Shown piece after piece: positions 17,052-30,455 of a stretch of DNA of 64,000 nt; the stretch's first letter is position 1; the number at the start of each line of letters is the position of its first letter. The notes beneath the pieces are model-generated. The model worked only from the letters and a program-made list of their open reading frames with translations. It did not search any database and was not told the DNA's origin. Position numbers and translations under genes: made by a program. The stretch is from Selaginella moellendorffii (taxonomy: Eukaryota; Plantae; Lycopodiophyta), in NCBI RefSeq assembly GCF_000143415.4, contig NW_003314312.1, forward strand, positions 735,510 through 799,509, written 5' to 3'.

Positions 17052-19215
17052 ATGGGCATGGCAGCAGTGACTTTGCTCGAGGCGATTCGAATCGCGGACA
17101 AGGTTGGCACAATATCCACTTCCAGCAAGGTCTGTAGAAACCAACATAGGATCCTCATCGCGGCGGTTGGCTATGTCCGAGACTACCTCAAGCAAATCCA
17201 GGATCTCAACTTCGCGAGCAACGGGCCAGCCTTCGTGTGGGACGAAACCGTGGCTGTCCTTAACAGAGGCCTTCATCTCCTCAAGTCGTGCCAAGAAGGC
17301 AATTGGATCGCGCGGAGCCTGCTGTTCAAGGAAAGCTGCGATGAGTTCCAGAGCATTTATCCCGAGATCTACAACTGCGTCGAGCTCGTCAGCGTCTATC
17401 TCTTTCAGCTGGCACCGTCCACCTCGCACAGATCCAGGATTGCCGAGGCTTACAACTCGTGCCTCATGAGGCAGAACTTGAGCAGCATGCTGGAAGAAGC
17501 CGGAAGGAACGATCGGAAGGAGCTCATGACTCTCGCAATGAGCCAAGAGCCGGGAAGCCTGACGACCGAGAGCAAACAAGCCAAAGAGATACTCTGCTCC
17601 ATGCTCCTGGGAAACAAGTCAGTGATTAACCACAAGGAACTCAAGCTGACAACACACCTGGGACAAGGAGGTTTCGGAACCGTGTACGAAGCAATCTGGC
17701 TCGGTCACAAGTTTGCAGTGAAAGTCTTCCCTCAAGGTGACACCAGCTTCGCCAAAGAGCTCGCGGTTCTCGAAGCGGACAAGCATCCCAACGTGTTGCA
17801 CATCGCCAGCCAGTCTTTCGATGAAGAGAAGCAGCGGTACTCGCTGGTGATGGAGAAGATGGACATGGACCTGGCAAACTACGTCCTCAAGAAGAAGAAC
17901 TCTCTCCCGTTGCTGTCGATCGTGGCAGTGATGCTCCAAGTTGCTACTGGCATGGCCTGGCTTCACTCGAAGAATATAATCCACCGGGACCTCAAGCCGC
18001 AGAACATCTTGGTTGGCGAAGAAGACAACGATCTCGTGAGTATCAGGATTGCCGACTTTGGAGTCTCGAGGCCAAACTTCATCTCCTCCCAGATCGAAGC
18101 CGTTAGCATCCAAGGCACCAGGAACTTCATGGCACCGGAAGTGTGGAGCGGCGAGAACTACACGAAAAAGGCCGACGTTTACAGCTACGGGATGCTGATT
18201 TACCAGCTTGTCACTGGAAACGTTCCGTTCGAGGACGGGATGGACATGGAGCAAGTCCTTCGAGGCGAGCGTCCTGAGGTACCAGCAACCTGTCCAGAGT
18301 TCCTGTCGCAGCTCATGCGGGAATGCTGGAGCCACGATGCAAAAGAGAGGCCTTCCTTCTCGGATATCTGCGAGCGGCTGAAGCAGCTCAAGACCAGGAT
18401 CATCACTGGCACCGACTCCATCGACGAGTTACGAGCCATGTTGGTTGCAGCAGCCAGGTCATCTTCCTCTTATTCGTACTCATCGTCTTCCTCGTCGCAC
18501 AGCATGAACCTGGATTCTCCTGTCCAAGCACCTGAAGGGCTTTTGACCCAAAATCCTCCATCTCCCGTTGTCCAGGTAAACTCTTTTGCTTTTAGTAACT
18601 CCACCTTTAGTTTCAGCCGGTACCACACCGTCCTCAGCACGTCGCACCAGCAGCAAAGCCGGATAACAGGGCCGAGCTCTTCGAACTGGTGAAGAACGGC
18701 CTCGTCGAAAACGCCTTTGAGAAAGCTCTGTCCCTGAACGATCCTTCCACGGTCTGGTGGCTTTGCACCAAGGTAAGCCATTCACGTCCTCCAGCTGCTC
18801 ATCAAAGCTTTGTCAGCTCAGGTGGAGGATAGCGTCCTGCTCGCCTTCAGTGAATCAATGCTCATGGAAGTGGCCGAGCAAATCAACACCAACTTCGAGG
18901 AAGACACTGCTCGCAGGTTGCTCTGGATCAACGAGATCCTGTTCATCTTGCTGTACGTCAACGTCAATGGACAGACGTCACCTCGGATGCAGAGGATCTT
19001 GGAGGAGCTTTCACAGAACCTCCACGGCATGATGGCTATAACACCGTCAAACAGCGAGCTGGCGATGAAGCTGGCAGACGTGCTGAAAAGAACCAACGTG
19101 GGTCTTCGGGTTCGTATGAAGCTCTTCGTGTTATTCGTTTGATTCAAATCGTTTGTCGTCGCAGCGTATCCGATATGGGAACAAACTTCAGAAGAAAGGG
19201 AAAAGGAAACTGTGA
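17052..19215 (+). CDS. Array copy K1 (subtype A): helical N-domain + TKL kinase + EDC4/Ge-1-like C-domain
   Basis: Predicted exons 17052-18575, 18617-18772, 18822-~19109, 19165-19215 with phase-0 GT-AG introns. GQGGFG, AVK, HRDLKPQN, DFG and APE are intact. Intron 1 is only 41 nt. Confidence 0.8.
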
Positions 19216-19441
19216 AATAAAACAGCTATATATTTCCAGCGGAACACCGGTAGTTTCTGAGTATTGAGATGTTCTAATTTTCTGCCTGCCAAAAGTATCA
19301 ACCATGCTTCACGAAAGAACCATAAAGAACTTACCAATTCCCATTCGTAACTTCGTCTCATCCTGCCGGGGAAAATGTGAAGGAAACTTACGAGATAAAT
19401 ATCAAAGCACAAAGGTTTCACCATTCTTTAGTTCTTAAACT

Positions 19442-19866
19442 GGAAGGAGCTCATGGCTCTCGCAATGAACCGAGAGCCGGGAAGCCTGACGACCGAGACA
19501 GAACGAGCCAAAGAGATACTCTGCTCCATCCTCCTGGGAAACAAGTCAGTGATCAACCACAAGGAACTCAAGCTGAGAACACACCTGGGACAAGGAGCTT
19601 ACGGAACCGTGTACGAAGCAATGTGGCTCGGTCACAAGTTCACGGTGAAAGTCTTCCCTCAAGGTGACACCAGCTTTGCCAAAGAGCTCGCGGTTCTCGG
19701 AGCTCACAAGCATCCCAACGTGTTGCACATTGCCGGCCATTCTTTCGATGGAGAGAAGCAGCAGTACTCGCTGGTGATGGAGAAGATGGACATGGACCTG
19801 GCAAACTACCTCCTCAAGAAGAACTCCCTCTCGTTGCTGTCGATCGTGGCAGTGATGCTCCAAGTC
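19442..19866 (+). pseudogene. Internal fragment of a subtype B kinase
   Basis: Carries B-type residues (KLRTHLG, GAHKHPN, SLSLLS). It lacks the N-terminus and ends before HRD. Confidence 0.85.
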
Positions 19867-20141
19867 ACTACTAATGAATGGGAATCAAAATTGTGACCAT
19901 CGTCTCCCGCTACTGTCATCAAGGGCCTAAAACATACACCAATTTTCTTGTCTGATTAAAGTATGATTCCCAAACCAAAAAAAAATGCCTTAGGACTTAG
20001 AATTATTCAACAAGAAAAGTCCAGACAAAAAAAAAATGCCTTAGGACTTAGAATTATTCAAAAAGAAAAGTCCACGGTAGACTTTTCCCACGCTATACCT
20101 TTACAAGAATGGTGCGGTGCTGGTAGTGATCACCAACGGGC

Positions 20142-22298
20142 ATGGCAGCAGCGACTTTGCTCGAGGCAATTCGAATCGTGGACAAGCTTGGCACAATATC
20201 CACTTCCAGCAAGGTCTGTAGAAACCAACATAGGATCCTCATCGCGGCGGTCGGCTATGTCCGAGACTACCTCAAGCAAATCCAGGATCTCAACTTCGCG
20301 AGCAACGGGCCAGCCTTCGTGTGGGACGAAACCGTGGCTGTCCTTAACAGAGGCCTCCATCTCCTCAAGTCGTGCCAAGAAGGCAATTGGATCACGCGGA
20401 GCCTCCTGTTCGAGGAAAGCTGCAATGAGTTTCAGAGCATTTATCCCGAGATCTACAACTGCGTCGAGCTCGTCAGCGTCTATCTCTTTCAGCTGGCACC
20501 GTCCACCTCGCACAGATCCAGGATTGCCGAGGCTTACAACTCGTGCCTCATGAGGCAGAACTCGAGCAGCATGCTGGAAGAAGCCGAAAGGAACGATCGG
20601 AAGGAGCTCATGACTCTCGCAATGAGCCAAGAGCCGGGAAGCCTGACGACTGAGACAGAACGAGCCAAAGAGATACTCTGCTCCATGCTCCTGGGAAACA
20701 AGTCAGTGATTAACCACAAGGAACTCAAGCTGACAACACACCTGGGACAAGGAGCTTACGGAACCGTGTACGAAGCAATCTGGCTCGGTCACAAGTTTGC
20801 AGTGAAAGTCTTCCCTCAAGGTGACACCAGCTTCGCCAAAGAGCTCGCGGTTCTTGAAGCGGACAAGCATCCCAACGTGTTGCACATCGCCGGCCATTGT
20901 TTCGATGAAGAGAAGCAGCGGTACTCGCTGGTGATGGAGAAGATGGAGATGGACCTGGCAAACTACCTCCTCAAGAAGAAGAACTCTCTCCCGTTGCTGT
21001 CGATCGTGGCAGTGATGCTCCAAGTTGCTACTGGCATGGCCTGGCTTCACTCGAAGAATATAATCCACCGGGACCTCAAGCCGCAGAACATCTTGGTTGG
21101 CGAAGAAGACAACGATCTCGTGAGTATCAGGATTGCCGACTTTGGAGTCTCGAGGCCAAACTTCATCTCCTCCCAGATCGAAGCCGTTAGCATCCAAGGC
21201 ACCAGGAACTTCATGGCACCGGAAGTGTGGAGCGGCGAGCGCTACACGAAGAAGGCCGACGTTTACAGGTACGGGATGCTGATTTACCAGCTTGTCACTG
21301 GAAACGTTCCGTTCGAGGACGGGATGGACATGGAGCAAGTCCTTCGAGGCGAGCGTCCTGAGGTACCAGCAACCTGTCCAGCATGCGGGAATGCTGGAGC
21401 CACGATGCAAAAGAGAGGCCTTCCTTCTCGGATATCTGCGAGCGGCTGAAGCAGCTCAAGACCAGGATCATCACTGGCACCGACTCCATCGACAAGTTAC
21501 GAGCCAAGTTGGTTGCAGCAGCCAGGTCATCTTCCTCTTCTTCGTACTCGTCGTCTTCCTCGTCCTCGTCGCACAGCAGGACTCGAGTGAACCTGGATTC
21601 TCCTGTCCAAGCACCTGAAGGGCTTTCAACCCAAAATCCTCCATCTCCCGTTGTCCAGGTAAACTCTTTTGGTTTTAGTAACTCCACCTTTAGTTTCAGC
21701 CGGCACCACACCGTCCTCAGCACGTCGCACCAGCAGCAAAGCCGGATAACAGGGCCGAGCTCTTCGAACTGGTGAAGAACGGCCTCGTCAAAAACGCCTT
21801 TGAGAAAGCTCTGTCCCTGAACGATCCTTCCACGGTCTGGTGGCTTTGCACCAAGGTAATCCATTCACGTCCTCCAGCTGCTCATCAAAGCTTTGTCAGC
21901 TCAGTTGGAGGTTAGCATCCTGCCCGCCTTCAGTGAATCAATGCTCATGGAAGTGGCCGAGCAAATCAACACCAACTTCAAGGAAGACACTGCTCGCAGG
22001 TTGCTCTGGTTCGCCGAGATCCTGTTCATCTTGCTGTACGTCAACGTCAATGGACAGACATCACCTCGGATGCAGAGGATCTTGGAGGAGCTTTCACAGA
22101 ACCTCCACGGCATGATGGCTATAACACCGTCAAAGAGCGAGCTGGGGACGGAGCTGGCGGACGTGCTGAAAAGAACCAACGTGGGTCTTCGGGTTCGTAT
22201 GAAGCTCTTCGTGTTATTCGTTTGATTCAAATCGTTTGTCGTCGCAGCGTATCCGATATGGGAACAAACTTCAGAAGAAAGGGAAAAGAAAACTGTGA
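20142..22298 (+). pseudogene. Array copy K2 (subtype A), frameshifted
   Basis: Near-identical to K3 over exon 1, but a 16-nt deletion at ~21381 shifts the frame late in the kinase domain. Confidence 0.85.
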
Positions 22299-22510
22299 AA
22301 TAAAAAAGCTATATATTTCCAGCGGAACACCGGTAGTTTATGAGTATTGAGATGTTCTAATTTTCTGCCTGCCAAAAGTATCAACCATGCTTCACGAAAG
22401 AACCATAAAGAACTTACCAATTCCCATTCGTAACTTCGTCTCATCCTGCTGGGGAAAATGTGAAGGAAACTTACGAGATAAATATCAAAGCACAAAGGTC
22501 TCACCATTCT

Positions 22511-22622
22511 TTACTTCTTAAACTCGAGTAGACGGTGAAGATCCCAACCTTTTCTATCTGGCAGCAGCAGTAGCAGCCTTGGCAGCTTCCGGATCATCGC
22601 TCTCCGCTCAAAGAACGATTTT
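22511..22622 (-). pseudogene. 3' remnant of the mL80-like gene
   Basis: KSFFERRAMI... matches the 3' end of 58589-59314. Confidence 0.75.
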
Positions 22623-23783
22623 CCAGAAACTTCATGGCACCAGAAGTGTGGACCAGCGAGCGCTACACGAAGAAGGCCGACGTTTACAGCTACGGGATGC
22701 TGAGCTACCAGCTTGTCACTGGAAACACTCCGTTCAAGGTCGGGATGGACATGGAGCAAGTCCTTCGAGGCGAGCGTCCTGAGATACCAGCCACCTGTCC
22801 AGAGTTCCTGTCGCAGCTCATGCGGGAATGCTGGAGCCACGATGCAAAAGAGAGGCCTTCCTTCTCCGATATCTGCAAGCGGCTGAAGCAGCTCAAGTCC
22901 AGGATCATCACTGGCACCGACACCATCGACGAGCTACGAGCCAAGTAGGTTGAAGCAGCCAGGTCATCTTCCTCTTCTTCGTACTCGTCGTCTTCCTTGT
23001 CCTCGTTGCACAGCAGGACTCGAGTGAACCTGGATTCTCTTGTCCAAGCGACTGAGAAGCTCTGGACCCAAAATCCCCCGCCTTGTCGTGTCCAGGTAAA
23101 CTCTTTTGCTTTATGTAACTTCTGGAGCTCACCACCTTTGGTTTCAGCCGGTACCACACCGTCCTCACCAGGTCGCACCATTACCAAAACCAGATCAAAG
23201 GACCGAGCTCTTCGAACTGGTAAAGAACGGCCTCATCATAAACGCCTTCGAGAAAGCTCTGTCCCTGAACGATCCTTCCAGTCTGGTGGCTTTGCACCAA
23301 GGTAATCTGTTTACGCTCTCTGGCCGCTGATCACGCCCGTCCTTTGTCAACTCAGGTAGAGCATACCGTGCTGCTTGTCTTCAGTGAATCGATGCTCATG
23401 GCACTGACCGAGAAAATTAACACCAACTTCACGGAAGACACTGCTCGCAGGCTGGTCTGGATCGACGAGACTGCCGTCTTGCTGTTCAAAGACGTCAATG
23501 GATGGGCATCACCTCGGAAGATGAGGATCCTGGAGCAGCTTTCATAGAACCTCCACGGTATGATGGCCATAACACCACCAAAGAGTGAGCTGGGCATGAC
23601 CTTAACGAACATGCTGGAAGGCACCAACGTGTGGCTGGAGGTTTGTACATATGAAGCTCTTCGTTTCTTTCGTTTCCATCCAACAAACCTACATCGTTTT
23701 GTTGCAGCGTGTCCGGATTGCAGTGGAACAAAGTTCGATACATGAGCATCGTTGGCAGATACTCTCCAGCGGAACACCGGTAT
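22623..23783 (+). pseudogene. 3' half of a subtype B kinase gene
   Basis: Starts at RNFMAPE and shares the premature TAG (22946-22948) with K4. Further lesions lie in the C-domain exons. Confidence 0.85.
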
Positions 23784-24869
23784 TTTCTGGATGTTGATGT
23801 CCTGGCATAAAACATGATTCACCTTACCCTGTACCGCTTATCCTGCCTGCAAAAATTACGAGAAAAAGAATGAGCTCACCTGTTTTCTACAGCCGTGACC
23901 TCTGGCAAGCTGAAGATCTTGCTCTCCGAGTGAAATCGCTTGCTTGCTCGCCTAAACCCTAATTTCGCTCAGTTAATGTTTTCTTAAATTCTCACATTCA
24001 CAGCCCAACAAAACCACCGGGGGATGTATGTGATAAATTGCTTCTCTATTTAGTTCTGGTCAAGTAGAACAATCAGCATCATCATTGTCTTTTACCATGT
24101 TTATTGTGCCTAGCAGCATCACTAATGTATGTCAGAAAATTATGCAAAATGCAGCAAGTGTAAATAACATTTATATCTGGAGGCTGTATTCTATGCTTAT
24201 GTTCCAAGATTTGGAACTTACATGTATTAGATAGAATGAAGCTAAATTAGACATATCCTTAAGAAGCCAAACGCAATGCATAACTTCTTGCGCTGTTTGT
24301 TGCCAAAGTTAGTTGCATTGAGATGTGCTAACTGTTGAAATGGCATCATGATCCATGGACTGTGAGGATGTAGTACATCTGAGATCACTGTACGGCTGAG
24401 ACACGTGGTGACACGTGGCGGATTCACAACTCTCACCTGTGTATGTATAGCGATGATGATAAAGTTTTCGGTCTTCCTCCTCCATTCAGCCCACCATGTT
24501 TAAAACTAAGGAAGAAAATGATCTGAATTGCAAAAATCAAGATGGAGGTTTTCTTGTTTAGGCAACCCTAAACGGTTCTCCTGCTGCTACAAGGGAAGGC
24601 TTCCTCAGGCTGGAGATTTGCTGATGATGCCAAGAGGCTTCTCTTCTTGCTGGGCACTAGGCGTGGAATTTCTGTGCGTAAAGGGCTTTGACGCTGATGG
24701 AGAGATCACATTTGGGTGGGGGAGATGGAGCAAGATGCTAGTTTCTGACGGGTCCTGATACAAGCTGGGCTGTGTGCAAGCTTGGGTACCTTGGAACGTG
24801 CTGCTGCTGTTGTTCAACACCACAAGATGCTGATTTCATGAGCTCAGCTTTTCTCATTTTACCATTAGT

Positions 24870-25648
24870 GTAACAGCAAAACATACCTGCAAGCCCATAA
24901 ACGCCTCCTTGAGCTCCGTAAGTTAAAACTTTCACGTATTTCTCCTTCTTGTCCTTCTCCTCTACGAGCATTTCATAGATCTGTCCACTTGCAGTTGCAA
25001 GCACAATCTCTCCTGATGAATCTGCATTGTCATGAAATTGACTTCCTTAGCAGCACAAGCAGGCAGTGGAAAATCTTCACTACTTACAGTCGCTTAGCTG
25101 GGACTTGTTCCAGCAAACAGCATTGACGAGCACGCCTTTGAGCCGAGAAACAGCACAAGCTTTCTTCCATTTCGCATGGATGTACAAGGTCTCGGCACCA
25201 CTGCTGCTCCGAAGATTTGCTAGACAGTGCCTTCCACTGGGATCCAGGAAAACCTTACAAACGTATTGATCGGCTCCGCGGCTCAACTCCAACTCTATCG
25301 GATCACGGGAAAAAAGCTCACAGTTTTCAGAAGAAACAAAGAAAGCGAGCGTGAATTTTCCTTGATATTTTTGGAGACTCACCTAAGTTATCCTCGCCTC
25401 CAAAATCATGACAAACAATCCAGCCGCTGCTAGTACCGACGAGCAGGACATTGTTTCCAGCGGCTACTGAGGTGACAAGCCGGTGACCTTTGGCAGCGGT
25501 TTGCTCCAGGACATCCAAGCTGAAGATCTTGATCTCTGGCCTCGACAGTGAAATCGCCTGGAACTAGGAATTGAATCAGCAATCGACCATCCAGCTCAAT
25601 CTCACCTCGTTGAGCCCCGATTGAGCGGGTGAAGACACGTCCATTCAT
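24870..25648 (-). pseudogene. Duplicated 5' fragment of VPS18 (first exons only)
   Basis: Near-identical to ~13065-13850 with small deletions. It is truncated after KYVKV and fused to unrelated sequence. Confidence 0.9.
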
Positions 25649-26007
25649 CGGTGTAAGAATTATGAACCTAATGTAAAAAGGTAAATTAGATTTCGTTTGA
25701 CCATATATATGGTAATGCTAAATTTGCTGTCACTTATAAGTTTGAAAATTAATTAACTATAAAATGGTGCTAGGTTATGATCATATGTTTAAAATAATTT
25801 CTATTAGCAAATCTAAACACTTTCCTTAAATAGTTAATTTAACCAAATGTGTCTTGGCAAATATAATACTTGCCAGTACTTGCCCAGCAAATGCTGGGTG
25901 GTTTACAAAGAGGTGGATGCGCCAGAAATATGTTTCTTACCTGAACTCAAGCACTTGTATGTATCTTTCTCATTTTCTTGGAGGTTTTTGGACCTGTTGT
26001 CCTTCAG

Positions 26008-26450
26008 GTTACTGGACAATAATGGCTTCTCTGGAGAAGTTCCCGATGAAATTGGAAACTTTTCCAAGCTGACCATCATGTAAGCCGTTGATGGCTAGAA
26101 TACAATCTCGTGTAATAGTGTATTTTCAGGAGACTTGACAAAAATCGATTTGCTGGATCACTGCTGAGCAGTTTGGGGCGGATATCAACCCTCTTTGAAA
26201 TTTAAATAGCTAATATGGTAACTACTTTGTACTCAAGTTTTGTTTCATTTACAGACACATCAATGATAACGCTTTTACTGGAACGTTACCTGATCTAAGC
26301 GGGTTGAGAGCTCTCCAACTAATGTAATATTTCTTCTTAATTTGGAGTTGACCTGATGCATGTGTGTATGCATAACAGAAGCGTTGGAAACAACTCCTTT
26401 TCTCCTCAGCCAGTTCCATCATTTGCAGGCTTGATTAAACTCTGGACAAT
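26008..26450 (+). pseudogene. LRR receptor-like kinase fragment (four single-LRR exons)
   Basis: LLDNNGFSGEVPDEIGNFSKLTI, ..NRFAGSL.SSLGRIS, INDNAFTGTLPDLSGLRALQL and VGNNSFSPQPVPSFAGL are ~70-nt exons. No start or kinase domain is present. Confidence 0.75.
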
Positions 26451-26533
26451 GTAGGTGAATTTTGTTAGTTTTTGTTTGAACTTAACATGTCATTAATGAT
26501 CCAAGTTTCTTTTCAGACCAAACTTGAAAACAA

Positions 26534-26618
26534 TGGGATGAGAGAGGCTCAAACTCTCGACCTCAGGATTTCTCAGCAGCTATGAGACCTACGCGCTGAC
26601 CAACTGCGCCACCATTTA
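26534..26618 (-). pseudogene. Intron-containing elongator tRNA-Met (CAT) pseudogene
   Basis: Reverse strand reads TGGTGGCGCAGTTGGTCAGCGCGTAGGTCTCATA-[short intron]-ATCCTGAGGTCGAGAGTTTGAGCCTCTCTCATCCCA. The 5' acceptor G-run is missing and the T-loop reads TTTGA. Confidence 0.8.
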
Positions 26619-27129
26619 TTTTAACATGATCATTCTAAACAAATTTATCTTAGGATTGATTCTGGAATGCTGACTATAATGTCATACATCTATCCACGAA
26701 CTACAGTTTTATCCATGGGCTACTGCAACAAACCGATTGATGCCAGCTTTCCCATCCTTTCCCAACACTTGCTACACATCATAGAATACAAAGATATTCA
26801 AACTTACGACTTATAAACCAGGCGATGCTTGCGGTGGCTTCTCCTTCTCTTTCGAGAGAAACCAGACATTAGTGCCGTGTCAGATTTCCAAAACTTCAGG
26901 AGCAGTGTTGGCTAGCCACTCGACAGCCCTACGTCAACTCGAAACACCTGGTTCCTACAAACGGAGTTGGTCCCGAGCATGTGCTGAAACAACAATCCCT
27001 CACCAGGAAGGGATGCCTCGAGAGAATCCGGGGTTGAAGAGGGAGTGTCCTTGATAATTGCTTTCCTGTAGGCTCCTCCTCTGCTCGATGATCTTTGGCA
27101 AATTTACATTCGTTCTTCCCTGTCCGTCC

Positions 27130-27635
27130 TCACGCTGCTTGGCTCGTTTTCCTCAAGTAGCTCTCAAACGCGTCCAGCGTGTGGACATCGGTTCTATAGT
27201 GCTTCTGGGTGAATTCTAGCAGCTGCCCCCAAGTAAACTCCACGCACGGCCTCTTGCGATCTTGCTCTTCGTCTTCTTTGCTCTTGACCACCAGCTCTGG
27301 AATCGGCCGGATCACCATGTCCAGCCCCGGGTTGATGAAGAAAACCAGCGAGTGCCTGGCTCGGGTGGCATGGATCACTGCGCGGTGCTTGGCACTCTTG
27401 TAGCGATGGTTGCACAGTGCCTGTGACGAAGAGAAAGCTGCGTGAGAGATGTTTTATAAAAAGAAAAGGAAAAAAGAAGAGCACCACCATCTACAACCAG
27501 CTATAGCGCTGCGAGGAGGGAGAGGAGAGGGAAGAGCAGAAACAAAAGAATTCTCGCTCTGTTTACCTGGAATGTGTCACCGATGCTGATGACAAACGCA
27601 TCGGCACGGGGCTCGACTGTGACCCAAGTCTCGGG
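27130..27635 (-). pseudogene. C-terminal fragment of a 2OG-Fe(II) dioxygenase, GA20-oxidase-like
   Basis: WVTVEPRADAFVISIGDTFQ, then an intron, then NHRYKSAKHRAV...RHSLVFFINP...FTWGQLLEFTQKHYRTDVHTL. The N-terminal part is absent. Confidence 0.8.
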
Positions 27636-30455
27636 AATGAAGAGGGAGTGTCCTTGATAATTGCTTTCCTGTAGGCCAAAGAGCTCGTGAGGCAGTGGCG
27701 AACAGGGATCAAAGCTTTGCTGAGTTGGAGATGAGCCAATGTTGATCCCGAGAGGAGCCTGGATTGTGTGCCCGACTACCATTCTGCTCGCCCCTGTTAC
27801 TAACCACGCACAGGCTCTCACAGGAATGCCCACACAACCGAGCAGCCATGGAACCCTAGGAGTGCATGGCATAACACCTGTCACCACGCCCTCTTCCCTT
27901 CCTGGCCACACGTGCATCCCACCCATTGGCCGCCACAACATTAAGCCCATATTCCCGCTAACCATGGCCATTGGCCATGGCCCGAGCCTAGGCTGGCCTC
28001 CCCTTCCCGAGGACCATGGCTTCCGAGGCTGCCCCGGGCCCGGGGATCGGACGGCTGCGGGGGTGTGGGTTCTTCGTTCTTATTATTATAGATGTTTAAA
28101 ATAATTTCTATTAGCAAATCTAAACACTTTCCTTAAATAGTTAATTTAACCAAATGTGTCTTGGCAAATATAATAAATTATTACATAATGAATACTGAAA
28201 GGCTGAGCTTAATATCAAAGGGGTTCCTAACACTAGTAAATGTAATTTAACCATATGAATTTCATATTAAATATGCTATATTAAATGATAATTTAGGATA
28301 TCATTCTTTTGTGCCCTTCTAAATTATCTACATGTATACTGACTAGCCTCTTAACTAGTGTGGGTGGAAACTCTAGCAATATCAACTTCCTACTATCATG
28401 GTAATAAAAGAAAAATATTTAGAAAGACTGATAGGTAAAGTTTGATGCTCACAATCACATTTGCAATAGTGATACACCTCAAAATAACTTTTTACATAGC
28501 TTAACTTCATGTTAATCATGTTAACTCCTTCCACTTTGTGCAAACATTTGTCCTTTAAAAAAATCTTTTTATTTCCTAGAATTAATTTCCTCCTCTTACC
28601 TTATATGAAAGCACATTTTGGGCTTTTACCCAGCCTTAGGAGTTTCTCTCTAGGACAATCACAAAAATTTATTAAATATAAAATGATGTTAGATTGTGAT
28701 TTTGGATATGGGAACAACACTATTATGTTTAAGATAATCTTTAAATCTGTAAATATGCCCAATTAACAAATCTAAACACTTTTCAAATAAGACCAAACGA
28801 GACCAACACATAAAGAATGATATCAAAAGTATCTTGACAAACACAGTAAACTATCACTTAGCAAATATAGAGGACCAAGCTTCACATTATAAGAGTTCCC
28901 AATATTAGCAAGTGTAAATCATCACACTCTAGGAGGCAACAAGAGCTCACTAACAAGACTTAAGTTTGCTTTGGAATTTGATATGCAAAGCCAATAGCAG
29001 TTTAGCCAACTTACCTCATTAATGTCAAGTAGAACACCATATAAAGTTTGGTATAGCATTAAACTGAATGTGAGTCTTTGCAAGTGGTGTTCAGGAACCA
29101 CAAGGTTCAAAGATGATCATTAGTTGTCATATTTAATGAGTCTAGGACATATACAACACAAGATCTTTAACCACTGAAACAGTTTTCCTTGACTGAAGTC
29201 AAAAGGGACAATTAGGGCACATATAATAGTGCAGTTGGAGGTGAGGATGGTGACAATGAGGATGATGCATCAAGTGGGGATGGTGTTGGAGACAGCAGCA
29301 ATAGTGGATCCAGTTGGAGTGCCAATATGGCAAATCCATTGGTTGGGACCTTGAGCTACTAACAAGGAGGAAAGTCATAAGAATGAAGTTCCCCTTGGAA
29401 GAAGCAATGGGTGCAGACAGCTTAGCTTAAGTGGGAATATTAAGGGAATGTTCCAACTTCCCTCAAGACAAGTTGACTCTGGCACTGTCTCAAGAGCTCT
29501 GTGTGGGAGGGATCTTGGAGATAAGCTGCTCGTCCATGGCTTTGAAAGATGCCCTATTGAGCTTGGGGAAAGTCTAACAATGAGATAATTGCTGCAGTCC
29601 TTGTGATGGCTTGTGAATCAAAAGACACTAGACTTTTGATGATCTTGCATGACAGATTAGTGTCCGAGACCTTAGAGAAGTTGAAACCTCTTACAATTTG
29701 GGCAAACACTCCACATTTCCTAAGACCCATTTTGTATATCCAAGGTGAGCACTATGTAGACCAGCAACAGAAGGAGCAGTGAACATCTTCTTGAGATATT
29801 TTACTTGCTAGATTTAAGTATTATTAATTGAGAATAAATAAAGAATCTACTTTTCTTTTGCTAATCAAGAGCAAAACACTACACTCACACTTTGGAAAGG
29901 ATAAAAATTAAATGTTTCAATTTTGAAACCAATACCAAGATTTTGGAATGCACCAGGCACTACTAGGTTTTTATTATAATTTGATTGCTCAACTAATCAA
30001 ACCTTTATTAACATCAATAGTAAGGTTAACTAACAACCTCTACTGAGCCAAAATTTATCAATCCTTCTATTGTGTAAATTAGTTATTTTATAACATTTAT
30101 GGACAAAAAATGGATCCTAATGCAATACAGGTGGATAATTAGTTATTTCATTTATAAAAGGAAGAACATAGATATAATATTTACAATTTCAAATTTAAGG
30201 GTAGAAATATACATTGCTCAAGGGTATGTTATATTTTAAATAGCAACTGATGAATAAATTTGTGACCATCTTCTCTCACTACTGTCATCAAGAGCCTACA
30301 CAATTTTTCTTGTCTGATTAAAGTATGATTCCGAGACAAAAAAAAAAATTTACCTTAGGACTTAGAATTATTCAAAAAGAAAAGTCCACGGTAGACTTTT
30401 CCCACGCTATACCTTTACAAGAATGGTGCGGTGCTGGTAGTGATCACCAACGGGC

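Larger units (their letters stand above)
25785..28175. repeat. Cassette bounded by ~84-bp direct repeats (25785-25868, 28092-28175)
   Basis: ATGTTTAAAATAATTTCTATTAGCAAATCTAAACAC...TTGGCAAATATAATA occurs at both ends. Confidence 0.85.

Noticed and set aside
27700-28085. GC-rich segment resembling an LTR fragment
   Set aside because: No TG...CA boundaries, PBS or TSD could be established.
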